The notes under the pieces: model-generated
Databases searched by the model: none
Told to the model about the DNA's origin: nothing
The model's input: only the letters and a program-made list of their open reading frames with translations
Position numbers and translations under genes: made by a program
Source: Hungateiclostridiaceae bacterium UBA1305
GTDB taxonomy: Bacteria; Bacillota; Clostridia; Acetivibrionales; DTU013
NCBI GenBank assembly: GCA_002307275.1
Contig: DBTX01000008.1
Span: 36,079-100,078, forward strand
Length of the DNA: 64,000 nt
Direction: 5' to 3'
Shown: piece by piece, positions 25,900 through 35,772 of the stretch
Position numbering within the stretch: position 1 is the stretch's first letter
How the letters are laid out: every line of letters starts with the position of its first letter

Positions 25900-27111
25900 T
25901 TAATCCATGTATTTCCTGAACTTAAAATAATGGCTCATATGTGACTTGTATAAAAAAAGCATTCTCCGGAGCTTGTTATCACCCTTTAAAAACAGCGGGT
26001 GAATCACTTTTTTCTCTTTGACCAGCTGTCTCATCTGTTCAATATTCGTTTCACCCTTCACATATCTGAATGCCACCTTCAGCGGAATCACCGACCAGAG
26101 ATTCCTTGCATTTGCGATCTCCAACTGCTGTTCTTTTTCATAGATATAATCTTCGACCACATATTTCGCAAGGTTGTTCCCCGCACCCGTTACGTAATAA
26201 TTGCTTCTGCCCTGTCTGAGATTGACCTCAAGGATTTTGAACCGGCCGTCTCTATGGTCGTACTTGACATCAAAAGTCGAATAGCCTGTGTAACCGACAT
26301 TTTCCAGGAACCTCCGGAGCATCCCGGACAGCTCTGCGTTATATTCATTTGTCAGTACAGCTGTGTTGCCCAATCCATGCGGTGTGTGCTCCTCAAGCAT
26401 GACGTGGGCCAGCGACATCAGCTTCACCTTTTTGTCTCTTCCAGAATAGCATATCATAACGCGCAGCTGGGAATCATCGCCCGGAATGAAGTCCTGAATG
26501 ATCAGCTGATCATCATAGCCTGCTTCATATATCTCACTTATAACACTTTTGAGCCTCTCCGCATGATCTATTTTATATACCTTATGCTGCGTCGGAAACT
26601 CATGCTGCCAATATTTGATCCCGTTTGAAGGCTTCAAAATGACCGGGAATCCGAACGGCAGAGAAAAGTCATCTTTCATTGAACGGTCATAGATGAACGT
26701 GCCCGGGTAGTTGATATCGTGCTGATCGCACATCTGGTAAAATTTCAGCTTCGTCATGAGGCTGTCCATCAGTTCCTCGTCGACATAAGGCGTAATGATG
26801 TCTGCACCCAGCTTTGACCTGTTACGGATAATCAATTCTACATAGTCGTCACCACAGCCCATGAGGATTATTTTTTTGCCGGAAAATTCATGCGTCAGCC
26901 CGCCGATAGTTCTGAGAAAGCCCTCAGGCCTTCGTATGTCCGGCACTGCACGAAAATCAATGATCCTGCTGTTGCAGCTCGGCCCTATATTGAATTTGCC
27001 AATGACGATGGACTTCACCCCATACTGTTCGTAAAACGCTCTGGACATACTGTAGGTGTTTATATCGCTTCCCAGAAATACGGGTAAAAACTCTCTCTCA
27101 ACTATGTTCAA
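25900..27111 (-). CDS. ATP-grasp carboxylate-amine ligase, D-aspartate ligase (Asl)-like
   Basis: FLPVFLGSDINTYSMSRAFYE, FPVILKPSN, IIQDFIPGDD, EVNLRQGRSNYY; probable TTG start at 27111 after GAGAGGG. Confidence 0.85.
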   Translation of the reverse strand: MNIVEREFLPVFLGSDINTYSMSRAFYEQYGVKSIVIGKFNIGPSCNSRIIDFRAVPDIRRPEGFLRTIGGLTHEFSGKKIILMGCGDDYVELIIRNRSKLGADIITPYVDEELMDSLMTKLKFYQMCDQHDINYPGTFIYDRSMKDDFSLPFGFPVILKPSNGIKYWQHEFPTQHKVYKIDHAERLKSVISEIYEAGYDDQLIIQDFIPGDDSQLRVMICYSGRDKKVKLMSLAHVMLEEHTPHGLGNTAVLTNEYNAELSGMLRRFLENVGYTGYSTFDVKYDHRDGRFKILEVNLRQGRSNYYVTGAGNNLAKYVVEDYIYEKEQQLEIANARNLWSVIPLKVAFRYVKGETNIEQMRQLVKEKKVIHPLFLKGDNKLRRMLFLYKSHMSHYFKFRKYMD

Positions 27112-27152
27112 ACCAGATACCCTCTCAATCCACAATTCTGCAAAACTGCCTT

Positions 27153-27372
27153 GTTATAACGCATCGGTTCAAAATAAAATTTTTCGATTGTAGAAAAATT
27201 TTATACCAGGCTGCGTTTCAACGAGGCTGGTCGCAAGCTAAGCTCGCTGCTCGCCCATGCATCCGGGACGGGAGACATGCTCGCCGTCTGAAAACCAAAT
27301 CGGTACCCGCCGCCAAGGCTTTTCCCGAAGCAAAAGTGCCATTGAGGCGGGGGACATCTTTCGCCTCGTTAT
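27153..27372 (+). repeat. Dispersed intergenic repeat, copy 2
   Basis: Colinear with 11357-11533 but with a different internal module; ATAACG...CGTTAT inverted ends. Confidence 0.85.
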
Positions 27373-27506
27373 TTCCCGAATGCATACAATTCCGAGCATA
27401 TATCACGTTAATTCTAGTATATTGACTGCCAAAGTTCAAGTTATTTTTCCCATGTGCGCTGCAACCTTCAGCGTCAGCCATACAGGCGTATCACTGCTAT
27501 CCGTCC

Positions 27507-28682
27507 TCATTCCGTTACAATATGCTTCATCACTCCAAATAAAAAGAGTACCAGTTGGATTATAACCAATAAACATACCAATAAATACAATATTGACAGA
27601 TCAGGCATATCCTTAATCATAACTCCGGCAAGAAATGTTCCAACGCTGGTTCCTGTGTTCTGGAGCAGTAGTTTCAATCCTGAAAAGCTACCCTTTTCAT
27701 TTTCAGAAACCCGTCCGAGCATCAATCCGTCGATCAGCCCAGCCATCATACATTGCATTGCAGCTGTGACGATTATCAGTATCAGAAAAACCGGACCATT
27801 GGTAACTATCATCACTGCATAAAGAAAAACCAGGCAAATCATTAAGAAGACATTTGTTCTTGCACGTCCCAGTTTACTCGTTACAGCAGGAATTGAAAAA
27901 ATCGCGATTCCGGAAACTAATGTCATCATTCCTGTTACTAAGCCGGTTATTCCATCTGAAAGCCCCATCTTGCTTTTGCATACCACGTTGACCATGGAAT
28001 ATGCCAGAAAGTAACAGCAATAGCCCAACAATTCATATACAAGGTATACTTTGATATAGTTCTGCCGTGGAAAATATAATTTTGTGCTGAATACAGTCAC
28101 TTTTCCCGGCCTGGCGGGAAGAAAAAATCTTAAAACAGCTACAAAACATACTATAACGGCGCTTATAAGGATCATGGCCCCATATGACCTGAAGCTTTCT
28201 GTTAGAATTCCCGAAATGATGTTGCCAAGAAAGAGCGAAAGCATAGATGTTGAAAGTAAAAGGCCATATACCATATTCCTGGATTTTTCATCGACCAGCG
28301 AAGTTATATACGGATATGCACATACCATTACAAAGCAGTCCCCCAACCCGTTAATCCCCCGCAGTAAGTACAGGAGCATGCTTGCCGGAACAACAGCTGT
28401 CCCTGCCATTGCTAGCACCTTCAGCAAAAATCCGGCCAGCATGCATCGTTTGTATCCGAGACTGTCGCTCAAACCCCCAGCAAATATTGCAAATATTGCA
28501 GTAGAAAATGTCCCGACTGACACAACCAAACCTATTTGATCTGAAAGCATTCCTCTGGACAAAAGAAAAAAATTAAGATTCAGGCTCCAAATACCCATAC
28601 CCAATCCCATAATAATTTCTGTTATTATGAAAAATTTTACACTGCCGGGCAGTTTTATGATTTCTTTGATATATCCCTTCAT
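27507..28682 (-). CDS. MFS transporter
   Basis: About 12 hydrophobic segments; motif A-like GGLSDSLGYK; RBS GGAGG before ATG 28682. Confidence 0.88.
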   Translation of the reverse strand: MKGYIKEIIKLPGSVKFFIITEIIMGLGMGIWSLNLNFFLLSRGMLSDQIGLVVSVGTFSTAIFAIFAGGLSDSLGYKRCMLAGFLLKVLAMAGTAVVPASMLLYLLRGINGLGDCFVMVCAYPYITSLVDEKSRNMVYGLLLSTSMLSLFLGNIISGILTESFRSYGAMILISAVIVCFVAVLRFFLPARPGKVTVFSTKLYFPRQNYIKVYLVYELLGYCCYFLAYSMVNVVCKSKMGLSDGITGLVTGMMTLVSGIAIFSIPAVTSKLGRARTNVFLMICLVFLYAVMIVTNGPVFLILIIVTAAMQCMMAGLIDGLMLGRVSENEKGSFSGLKLLLQNTGTSVGTFLAGVMIKDMPDLSILYLLVCLLVIIQLVLFLFGVMKHIVTE

Positions 28683-28699
28683 TTGAACCTCCTGTAAAC

Positions 28700-28732
28700 A
28701 AAAAAAACAAAGGGTTGAACCTTTTCCCTTTG
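28700..28732 (-). terminator. Terminator-like hairpin in the MFS 5' leader (possible attenuator)
   Basis: Minus strand CAAAGGG-N11-CCCTTTG followed by a T-run, just upstream of the RBS. Confidence 0.5.
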
Positions 28733-29005
28733 CTGTTTTAAATATTATTGGAAAAAGCAGTTGCATCCTGTCATTAATGATCCGAATTAATTGTTCAGCC
28801 ATAAAAGGGCAAACTACCCCTTCATTTAGCTAAATCAATTGTGAGGATTTCATAATGACACATATGCAGCCCATTTCTCCTTGTCTACAGTATCGCTATA
28901 TTATACTTCTATATTGATTCAAATGTAAATATGTTTCAATCTTTTTATAGGAACTATCTTTATCTATCTTTATCTGATAAAACCCTTGAATAGTTATCTT
29001 TAATC

Positions 29006-31633
29006 TTACTTCATTTCATGCTCGTTATTCCCGTTATAAGCGGTCCTGTAAATCGTCTCAAGCTCGCTTACCAGCGGCAGTCTTGGATTTGCTGTCGTGC
29101 ATTGATCTCCGAAAGCCTTATCCGCAAGCTCGCTCACCTTTTCATTGAACCTTCTGCTGTCTACCTTGCATTCAGCTATGGTCATAGGCATATTCAATTC
29201 CATCATCAAGGCCCTGACTGCCTGAATCAGACTCCGCACTCCCTCCTGCACCGTTGAAGCCGGAAGGCCAAGTGCTTTTGCTATTTCTGCATATTTTTTA
29301 TCTGCGATGAAGGTCTCATATTTCGGGAAAGCAACAAATTTTGTTGGCTTTTGAGCATTGTATTCTATGACATAGGGCAATAACACCGCATTCGCCCTGC
29401 CGTGCGGAATATGGAATTCGCCGCCCAGCTTGTGAGCCAGACTGTGATTTACGCCAAGAAACGCATTGGTAAAGGCCATACCTGCAATACAGGAAGCATT
29501 GTGCATTTTCTCTCTGGCAAGACGGTTGTTCCCATCCTTATAAGCTATGGGCAGGTATTCAAATACCAGTTGGATCGCTTTGATTGCAAGGCCATCGGTA
29601 AAATCCGAGGCCAATATGGACACATAGGCTTCAATCGCATGCGTGAGTACATCAAGTCCGGTATCTGCCGTTACGCCTGGCGGTACGGTCATCACATATT
29701 CCGGATCGATGATTGCCACATCCGGTGTCAATTCATAATCAGCCAGAGGATATTTCACATTCCGTTCCGTATCTGTAATAACCGCAAAGGAAGTCACTTC
29801 GGAGCCCGTTCCTGAAGTGGTCGGTATCGCTACCATTTGGGCTTTCTTCCCTAATTTCGGGAACTTGTAGACTCTTTTGCGGATATCCAGGAATTTGATC
29901 TTCATCGAGTTGAAATCTGCATCCGGGTGCTCATAGAAGAGCCACATCCCTTTGGCTGCGTCAATTGCCGATCCGCCGCCCAGAGCGATGATCACGTCCG
30001 GTTTGAACCTGTTCATCTGCTCACAGCCCTTCATGATGGTGTTCACGGAAGGATCCGGCTCAACCTCGGCGAATATTTCACAATGAACATACTGCTGCCG
30101 CTTTCTCAGGTAATACAACACCTTGTCAACATACCCCGCTTTCACCATATATGGGTCGGTTACGATGAAGGCCTTTGAAATGTCGGGCATATCAGTCAGA
30201 TACCGGGTTGCGCCGAATTCAAAGTAAATTTTCTCTGGAATCTTGAACCACTGCATATTTACCTTTCTCCTTGCAACCCTCTTTTTGTTGAGCAGGTTCA
30301 CCACAGAAACATTCTGCGTAGTGGAATTCTTCCCGTAAGAACCGCAGCCCAATGTCAGCGACGGCATGGTGGTATTGTAAATATCTCCGATGGCGCCGTG
30401 GGTGGATGGTGAATTGACCATCAGACGGCCGGCTTTCACTCTGTTGGAAAACTCATCAATGACGTTCTCATCCTGTGAATGGATAACTGCAGAATGGCCC
30501 AGTCCGCCGAACTCGACCATTTGTTCCGCTCTATTGATACCTTCACTGGAAGAATCAACGATATAATAAGCCAGAATCGGGCTTAGCTTTTCCCTTGACA
30601 GCGGATACTCCGGTCCAACCTCCTCCTGATAGGCAATCAGGATCTTTGTGGTTTCAGGTACTGTCAGCCCAGCCAGTTCGGCTATCGTGAAGGCAGATTG
30701 TCCGACCACACTTGGATTCATGGCGCATTTGTCCTCATCTATGGCAGTTTTGGCAAGCTTCTCTGTTTCCTCCGGGGTAAGAAATACACATCCGTTTTCC
30801 TTCATAAAAACTTCAAAATCCCCTGATATTTCCCTGTCTACGATAACAGCCTGTTCTGAAGCACAAATCATACCGTTATCGAAGGTTTTTGACAGGATAA
30901 GATCCGTTACTGCTCTCTTCAGATTGGCTGTTTTTTCGATATAACAGGGCACATTTCCGGGTCCGACACCAAGAGCGGGTTTTCCTGTGCTATATGCCGA
31001 CTGGACCATTCCGGCTCCTCCGGTCGCAAGAATCAGAGATATATCCTTGTGGTTCATCAACAGCCGGGTAGACTCGATGGAAGGTTTCTCGACCCATTGA
31101 ATGCAGCCTTCCGGCGCTCCGGCTGACAATGCTGCTTCTCTCAGGATTCTTGCCGCCTCTGCGCTGCACTTCTGAGCAGAAGGGTGGAATGCAAATATAA
31201 TCGGATTTCTTGTTTTTATGGCAATCAGCGCTTTAAACATCGTTGTCGAGGTTGGATTGGTTACCGGAGTAACGGCTGCTATTACACCAACGGGTTCTGC
31301 CACCTCATTGTAACCTTCGTTTTCATTTTCATTAATTATTCCGACAGTCTTGATATCTTTAATACTGTTATAAATGTATTCCGTAGCAAAAATGTTTTTT
31401 GTGATTTTGTCTTCATAGACTCCCCTGCCTGTTTCCTCCACTGCCATTTTGGCAAGCCTCATCTGGTCATTCAGCCCTGCGATTGCCATGCTCTTGACGA
31501 TTTCGTCAATTCTCCCCTGATCGAAATGCATAAACTGCTCAAGTGCCTTTAGTGCCCTGGAAGCCAAATCGTCAATGGATGTTTTTACTTCCAACGAATC
31601 ATTGTTTTCCTGAGTTTTCATTTTCTCTGACAT
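29006..31633 (-). CDS. adhE: Bifunctional acetaldehyde-CoA/alcohol dehydrogenase
   Basis: ALDH motifs TPVTNPTST, GVGPGN, FDNGMICASEQ; Fe-ADH motifs GGGSAID, PTTSGTGSE, HSLAHKLG...HGRANA. Confidence 0.97.
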   Translation of the reverse strand: MSEKMKTQENNDSLEVKTSIDDLASRALKALEQFMHFDQGRIDEIVKSMAIAGLNDQMRLAKMAVEETGRGVYEDKITKNIFATEYIYNSIKDIKTVGIINENENEGYNEVAEPVGVIAAVTPVTNPTSTTMFKALIAIKTRNPIIFAFHPSAQKCSAEAARILREAALSAGAPEGCIQWVEKPSIESTRLLMNHKDISLILATGGAGMVQSAYSTGKPALGVGPGNVPCYIEKTANLKRAVTDLILSKTFDNGMICASEQAVIVDREISGDFEVFMKENGCVFLTPEETEKLAKTAIDEDKCAMNPSVVGQSAFTIAELAGLTVPETTKILIAYQEEVGPEYPLSREKLSPILAYYIVDSSSEGINRAEQMVEFGGLGHSAVIHSQDENVIDEFSNRVKAGRLMVNSPSTHGAIGDIYNTTMPSLTLGCGSYGKNSTTQNVSVVNLLNKKRVARRKVNMQWFKIPEKIYFEFGATRYLTDMPDISKAFIVTDPYMVKAGYVDKVLYYLRKRQQYVHCEIFAEVEPDPSVNTIMKGCEQMNRFKPDVIIALGGGSAIDAAKGMWLFYEHPDADFNSMKIKFLDIRKRVYKFPKLGKKAQMVAIPTTSGTGSEVTSFAVITDTERNVKYPLADYELTPDVAIIDPEYVMTVPPGVTADTGLDVLTHAIEAYVSILASDFTDGLAIKAIQLVFEYLPIAYKDGNNRLAREKMHNASCIAGMAFTNAFLGVNHSLAHKLGGEFHIPHGRANAVLLPYVIEYNAQKPTKFVAFPKYETFIADKKYAEIAKALGLPASTVQEGVRSLIQAVRALMMELNMPMTIAECKVDSRRFNEKVSELADKAFGDQCTTANPRLPLVSELETIYRTAYNGNNEHEMK

Positions 31634-31698
31634 TTTCTATTACCTCCTGTCACGATATTATTTCCAACTATACAGATAATTTATTTGATTGCACCGCA

Positions 31699-31750
31699 TT
31701 GTTAATTAATTAACAATTTAATTATAGTCCATTTGTTAATTAATTGTCAA
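31699..31750 (-). promoter_or_regulatory. adhE promoter with two Rex operators
   Basis: TTGTTAATTAATTAACAA (31699-31716) and TTGTTAATTAATTGTCAA (31733-31750); -35 TTGACA 31750-31745 and -10 TATAAT 31726-31721. Confidence 0.8.
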
Positions 31751-31956
31751 TGTTTTATTAGAGAAAATAGCAATAATCTGTTTTCAAGTCGGAAGATTTA
31801 GAAATAGCTGCATGGAAATTGTAGAATAATACAGCTATAATGAAAGACAGTGAAATTGGTGAGGCACATTGTTGAGTGAATGGTTGGATACGCAGGATGT
31901 GTATTGAAGTAAGTCTGATAGAATTATAGTAAATTTTAGCAAATTTTAGGTATAAA

Positions 31957-32574
31957 TTATTCTTCTATATCATCTCCGAGGTTCAATTGAACTTCGACTG
32001 AAGCAGTCAAATTTTCAAGTTCATCACCGGATTTTTCATCCATATGCAGGATATAGTTCAAATCAATAAAATCGCCGTTAGTCAGTCTAAAGCTTCTCAT
32101 TGTGGAATAATTTTCGTCAGTATTGCCATTGTTCGCTTTCATAAGCTGTAAAAAACTTCTATCTTTAAAAAGAGTCTCATTGAAAATCAGGAGTTTACCC
32201 TTTTTTATAGTCAGTTTCATATTCTCTAAAAATGAATCATATACCAAATCATAACCCATGCCATATTCAGAATTTTTTAAGGTAACATTGACATTCAAAT
32301 CCTTCAATATAAGCGACTTGTAATTATTATAAACCCTTATCACACCATTATACTCTTTTCCAGGATACCATAATTCGTTACCCAGCAAGTCCCCTTCACA
32401 AACAGTCCGACCCTGCTCATCCACAGTAACTGTAACATCCGGCTTATTCAAATCAGCATTTGCATAGGTAATACTTAAAACACCCTGAAATAAACAAATG
32501 GCAACTATTACAATTAAAATAATATTCAATACTTTTTTCACTGTATCTTTCCCACTTTTTATCACACATACCAC
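31957..32574 (-). CDS. Exported hypothetical protein with a TasA/camelysin-like core motif
   Basis: Signal-like N-terminus; LWYPGKEYNGVIRVYN and C-terminal GDELENLTASVEVQL resemble the PG...N and final strand of the neighbouring SipW substrates. Start uncertain. Confidence 0.65.
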   Translation of the reverse strand: MVCVIKSGKDTVKKVLNIILIVIVAICLFQGVLSITYANADLNKPDVTVTVDEQGRTVCEGDLLGNELWYPGKEYNGVIRVYNNYKSLILKDLNVNVTLKNSEYGMGYDLVYDSFLENMKLTIKKGKLLIFNETLFKDRSFLQLMKANNGNTDENYSTMRSFRLTNGDFIDLNYILHMDEKSGDELENLTASVEVQLNLGDDIEE

Positions 32575-32699
32575 CTCGCATATGCTTAATATTGTAAATT
32601 AATTCGCACGGTTTTCACCCCCACTAAAAAATAGTTTGAAGTACTTCATTGTGATTATCTTAAATAGTACATATGTAGTATCTGTGTACTTCATTAAAA

Positions 32700-33878
32700 T
32701 CAGGATGAAGTGTTTTCACCTGTAACCGGATTAGGTTTCATGATAATGTGTTCATGTTCACCCTGGTCTTTATTTATTTTGCTGATATATTCCCACAGGT
32801 CAAACAAGTACATCCTTTCATTATCATAAACAAAAAACCATGAAATGCTGCTGTATTCGGAATCATACCTGTATAAAACCGGTTTCTGGATCTCATCTGA
32901 AATCCTGATCAGGTCGTCGATCGATCTGACCATTATGTAGTTGCAATAATCATCAGATTTTGCATTGCTCAAAGCTGCAAGTCGATTCCCATATTTTTTG
33001 AAGATTTTATCCAATGCCTTTAAATAATCACTCTTTCGAGGCTTGGTTGCAGTAAAAAAGATTATAAATACCAGCAGAATTACCAGCAAACCTGCACCTG
33101 CACCATATGAGATTAAAAGCAAGGTATTCACAGGAAGCAGCACCTTTTTTACTTCTTCAATTGCTCCCGGTTTCTCCGGCAACTCATTTTTCGTTATACT
33201 GAAGCTGTTACTACCTAACGGAATAACTATGGATTGGGATGCCTTATCTTCGATCAACCCTTTACCCGTATCGGCATGCAAATTAATATTCATTGTGACT
33301 ATAAGCCTTGTTTGAAGGCTTAATTTCGAAGCTTCAATCACTTTTTGGGCAAAGTCGTTGTAATCTGAATATTTTAGTGAAACATTCTTTGTGATCGAAA
33401 CAGCTTTGTCCGTCAGTTCCAGCGAAGACTCCGGTAAAAGATTATATTCCTTTTTCCATACTGCTTTGACTGCCGATTCCGTTTTATCTCCACTTTCAAC
33501 AACTTTTGCATTATCTCCGGCCTCATTCTGTCCGTTCTGGTATCCCTCTATCACCGCCACAATATTATAATCCGCCTTAATATCGGCTTGCTTGTCTCCA
33601 TTGAATTCATACGAGAAAACAGCCTGGATGATATCGGAAAATTCCGTTATATACACTCCCCCTTCCTCCTGGCTGGGCGCCGTATTTAAAATATTCGGTT
33701 TTAGTAGGACTTCGTAGTTTATGTTCCCTTTACTGCTCCATGTAAAGGCTTTATTTTTTACATTCTTGAAATTTGGTGTAGTTAACTCAAAATAAAATAA
33801 AAATGGCAAAACTATTATCAGCACGCTCGCAAGAGGAATAACTACCCTCTTCAAATTTCTGTTAATACCTGTTTTCAT
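32700..33878 (-). CDS. DUF5305-like membrane protein
   Basis: N-terminal TM, INYEVLLKPN beta-rich exodomain, second TM, cytoplasmic VRSIDDLIRISDEIQKPVL; lies beside a SipW locus. Confidence 0.7.
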   Translation of the reverse strand: MKTGINRNLKRVVIPLASVLIIVLPFLFYFELTTPNFKNVKNKAFTWSSKGNINYEVLLKPNILNTAPSQEEGGVYITEFSDIIQAVFSYEFNGDKQADIKADYNIVAVIEGYQNGQNEAGDNAKVVESGDKTESAVKAVWKKEYNLLPESSLELTDKAVSITKNVSLKYSDYNDFAQKVIEASKLSLQTRLIVTMNINLHADTGKGLIEDKASQSIVIPLGSNSFSITKNELPEKPGAIEEVKKVLLPVNTLLLISYGAGAGLLVILLVFIIFFTATKPRKSDYLKALDKIFKKYGNRLAALSNAKSDDYCNYIMVRSIDDLIRISDEIQKPVLYRYDSEYSSISWFFVYDNERMYLFDLWEYISKINKDQGEHEHIIMKPNPVTGENTSS

Positions 33879-34215
33879 ATTGTACTCTCCTCAAACTAGT
33901 CCATAATAATCCATCCGTCTTCGATTCTACCATATTATGTAATTTTTTCAAAGGGGAATATTTATTTTTTGGAAAATATGTCAGCATACAGGTTATACTA
34001 CTAAAGTAGCATTTACTGAAGCAATTGCGTTATCAAAGTTACCTCCATTGTACCAGCGAAAATTATCCTTTTATACGCCGCAATGGGACCAGAAAAATTT
34101 TATACTGTTAAAGGATGCTGCAATAAGCAGAAAATGCTACGCCGGCAGATAGTTTCCTGATTATTGCGGTTAATTATGATCATTGAAAATTAAATTTGAA
34201 AAGGAGATTTCTAAT

Positions 34216-34818
34216 ATGAAAAAGACAAGGTTTTTAGTTCTTGCCCTAGCCGTAGCTGTAATGCTGATGGGCGCTGGTTATGCATGGTGGAGTGAAACCG
34301 TTACGATTACAACAGACGTTACAACAGGGTATTTGGATGTTGATCTTGCTGCAGTAACACCAAATACAGCGAGTTCTGATTATGTGGGTGTAACAGTTAC
34401 ACCTGTGTCAAGCATTGAAGGCAATGACAATGGCGAAGTTTGCAATATCGACGTAACTAACTTATACCCTGGCGCTTTTGGCTCAGGTATAGTCGCTGTT
34501 AAAAATACTGGCACAATGAAGGTCAAACTTGGCAAGCCAATTGTAACCTTTACAGATAACAATGCCGCAGTTCGTGGTTATGATTATGTTGGCATCAGCT
34601 ACAGCCCGTCACTTACAGATGATAGTTCTCCAGTTTCTCTTTCCATAAACCCTAACAACGGAGAGTGCACCTTCTCCGGCGACGTATTTCTTGTTCCCGG
34701 CGAAACCTGCTATTTTACAATCACAGCATCCATGCCTTCAAACGAACAAGGGGATGAATTTAAGAGCGATTTATCATTCAGATTTGCACCTGAATTCCTC
34801 CAGTGGAATCAGCAGTAA
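34216..34818 (+). CDS. SipW-class signal peptide protein (TasA/CalY/BsaA-like), probable major subunit
   Basis: MKKTRFLVLALAVAVMLMGAGYA|WWSETVTITTDVTTGYLDV; NLYPG...VKNTGT; strong AAGGAG RBS. Confidence 0.85.
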   Translation: MKKTRFLVLALAVAVMLMGAGYAWWSETVTITTDVTTGYLDVDLAAVTPNTASSDYVGVTVTPVSSIEGNDNGEVCNIDVTNLYPGAFGSGIVAVKNTGTMKVKLGKPIVTFTDNNAAVRGYDYVGISYSPSLTDDSSPVSLSINPNNGECTFSGDVFLVPGETCYFTITASMPSNEQGDEFKSDLSFRFAPEFLQWNQQ

Positions 34819-34834
34819 TATTTGTTCAATTACG

Positions 34835-34863
34835 CAAAGCAGAGGTTCATTGCCTCTGCTTTG
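34835..34863 (+). terminator. Stem-loop after the first TasA-like gene
   Basis: CAAAGCAGAGG / CCTCTGCTTTG 11-bp perfect stem. Confidence 0.65.
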
Positions 34864-34954
34864 TCGATTTAAATCAAGTGCCCAGCTCCCTTGTTTACTA
34901 AAGTTATACAGGAAAGCTGAGCACTTCATTATATGAAGAAGGGAGGAAATTGCT

Positions 34955-35704
34955 ATGAACCAGGTTAAGCTTCTTGCTCTCATACTTTTACTTTCACTCT
35001 CTATTTTAGGAGCAGGGTACGCGTATTGGAGCGAAACTGTAACGATAAACGAAACTGTTTCTACAGGAGAATTGAGTGTGGAATTTGAACCCTATGATAA
35101 TCGGATTGAAGTAGAGGATCCGATGGTTCTTTATAACAACAATCCAATAGATTTTCCGGATTGCAGAGTAGTACCGTTTACTTTACAGGATGCCAACCAT
35201 ACGTTGTCTGCAGGATTTGTCAACGTATTCCCTGGACTATATTACAGTGTACCTTTTAAAATAAAGAATAATGGTACAATACCAGCTATTTTCAAACGCT
35301 GTACTGTAACCAGTGATATGGATGACTCATACATTCATCCTGGAGAAAGCGAGGCAGATTTACTATTACAACTCAATGAAAACTTAAAGATAAGCAGTCT
35401 TTATTTTAAGATTTTTGACAGTAACGATAATAAGATAGGCCAGACAATATACTGCGTTAGTGAAACTACAATTAGCCTTGGTCAATTGGATAGCCAAATA
35501 AATTCGGTTCTTGGAAATGGCAATATTAGGCTTGAGCCTGGTCAATACCTTCAGGTGGTAAGCGATCAAGGTCAAAGTACCGTCAACAAACTGGGTGGGA
35601 AAATAAAGTTTTTGTTCAGTTCGGCCTTTGGAAATGAATTCGAAAACAGAAGGTTTAGTGTCAATATCCATATGGAATGGAAGCAGTATAATGAAATTAA
35701 CTAA
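34955..35704 (+). CDS. SipW-class signal peptide protein (TasA-like), second subunit
   Basis: LGAGYA|YWSETVTINETVSTGELSVEF; NVFPG...IKNNGTIP; ends W.Q.N like the first paralogue. Confidence 0.85.
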   Translation: MNQVKLLALILLLSLSILGAGYAYWSETVTINETVSTGELSVEFEPYDNRIEVEDPMVLYNNNPIDFPDCRVVPFTLQDANHTLSAGFVNVFPGLYYSVPFKIKNNGTIPAIFKRCTVTSDMDDSYIHPGESEADLLLQLNENLKISSLYFKIFDSNDNKIGQTIYCVSETTISLGQLDSQINSVLGNGNIRLEPGQYLQVVSDQGQSTVNKLGGKIKFLFSSAFGNEFENRRFSVNIHMEWKQYNEIN

Positions 35705-35730
35705 GATCGCTCCTAAAGGTAAACTATCTT

Positions 35731-35757
35731 AAAAAGCCAGCTTAGCCTGGCTTTTTT
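35731..35757. terminator. Bidirectional terminator between convergent genes
   Basis: AAAAAGCCAG-cttagc-CTGGCTTTTTT. Confidence 0.7.
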
Positions 35758-35772
35758 GTTTAGATCTTTTAT

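Noticed and set aside
11357-27372. Integron cassette array based on the AAC...GTT repeat ends
   Set aside because: Copies are 16 kb apart, do not separate single-gene cassettes, and no integrase is in the window; kept only as a dispersed repeat.
28801-28830. c-di-GMP-I riboswitch (GGCAAAC)
   Set aside because: Wrong strand for the MFS gene and lacks the downstream GACGCAAAGC/P2 elements.
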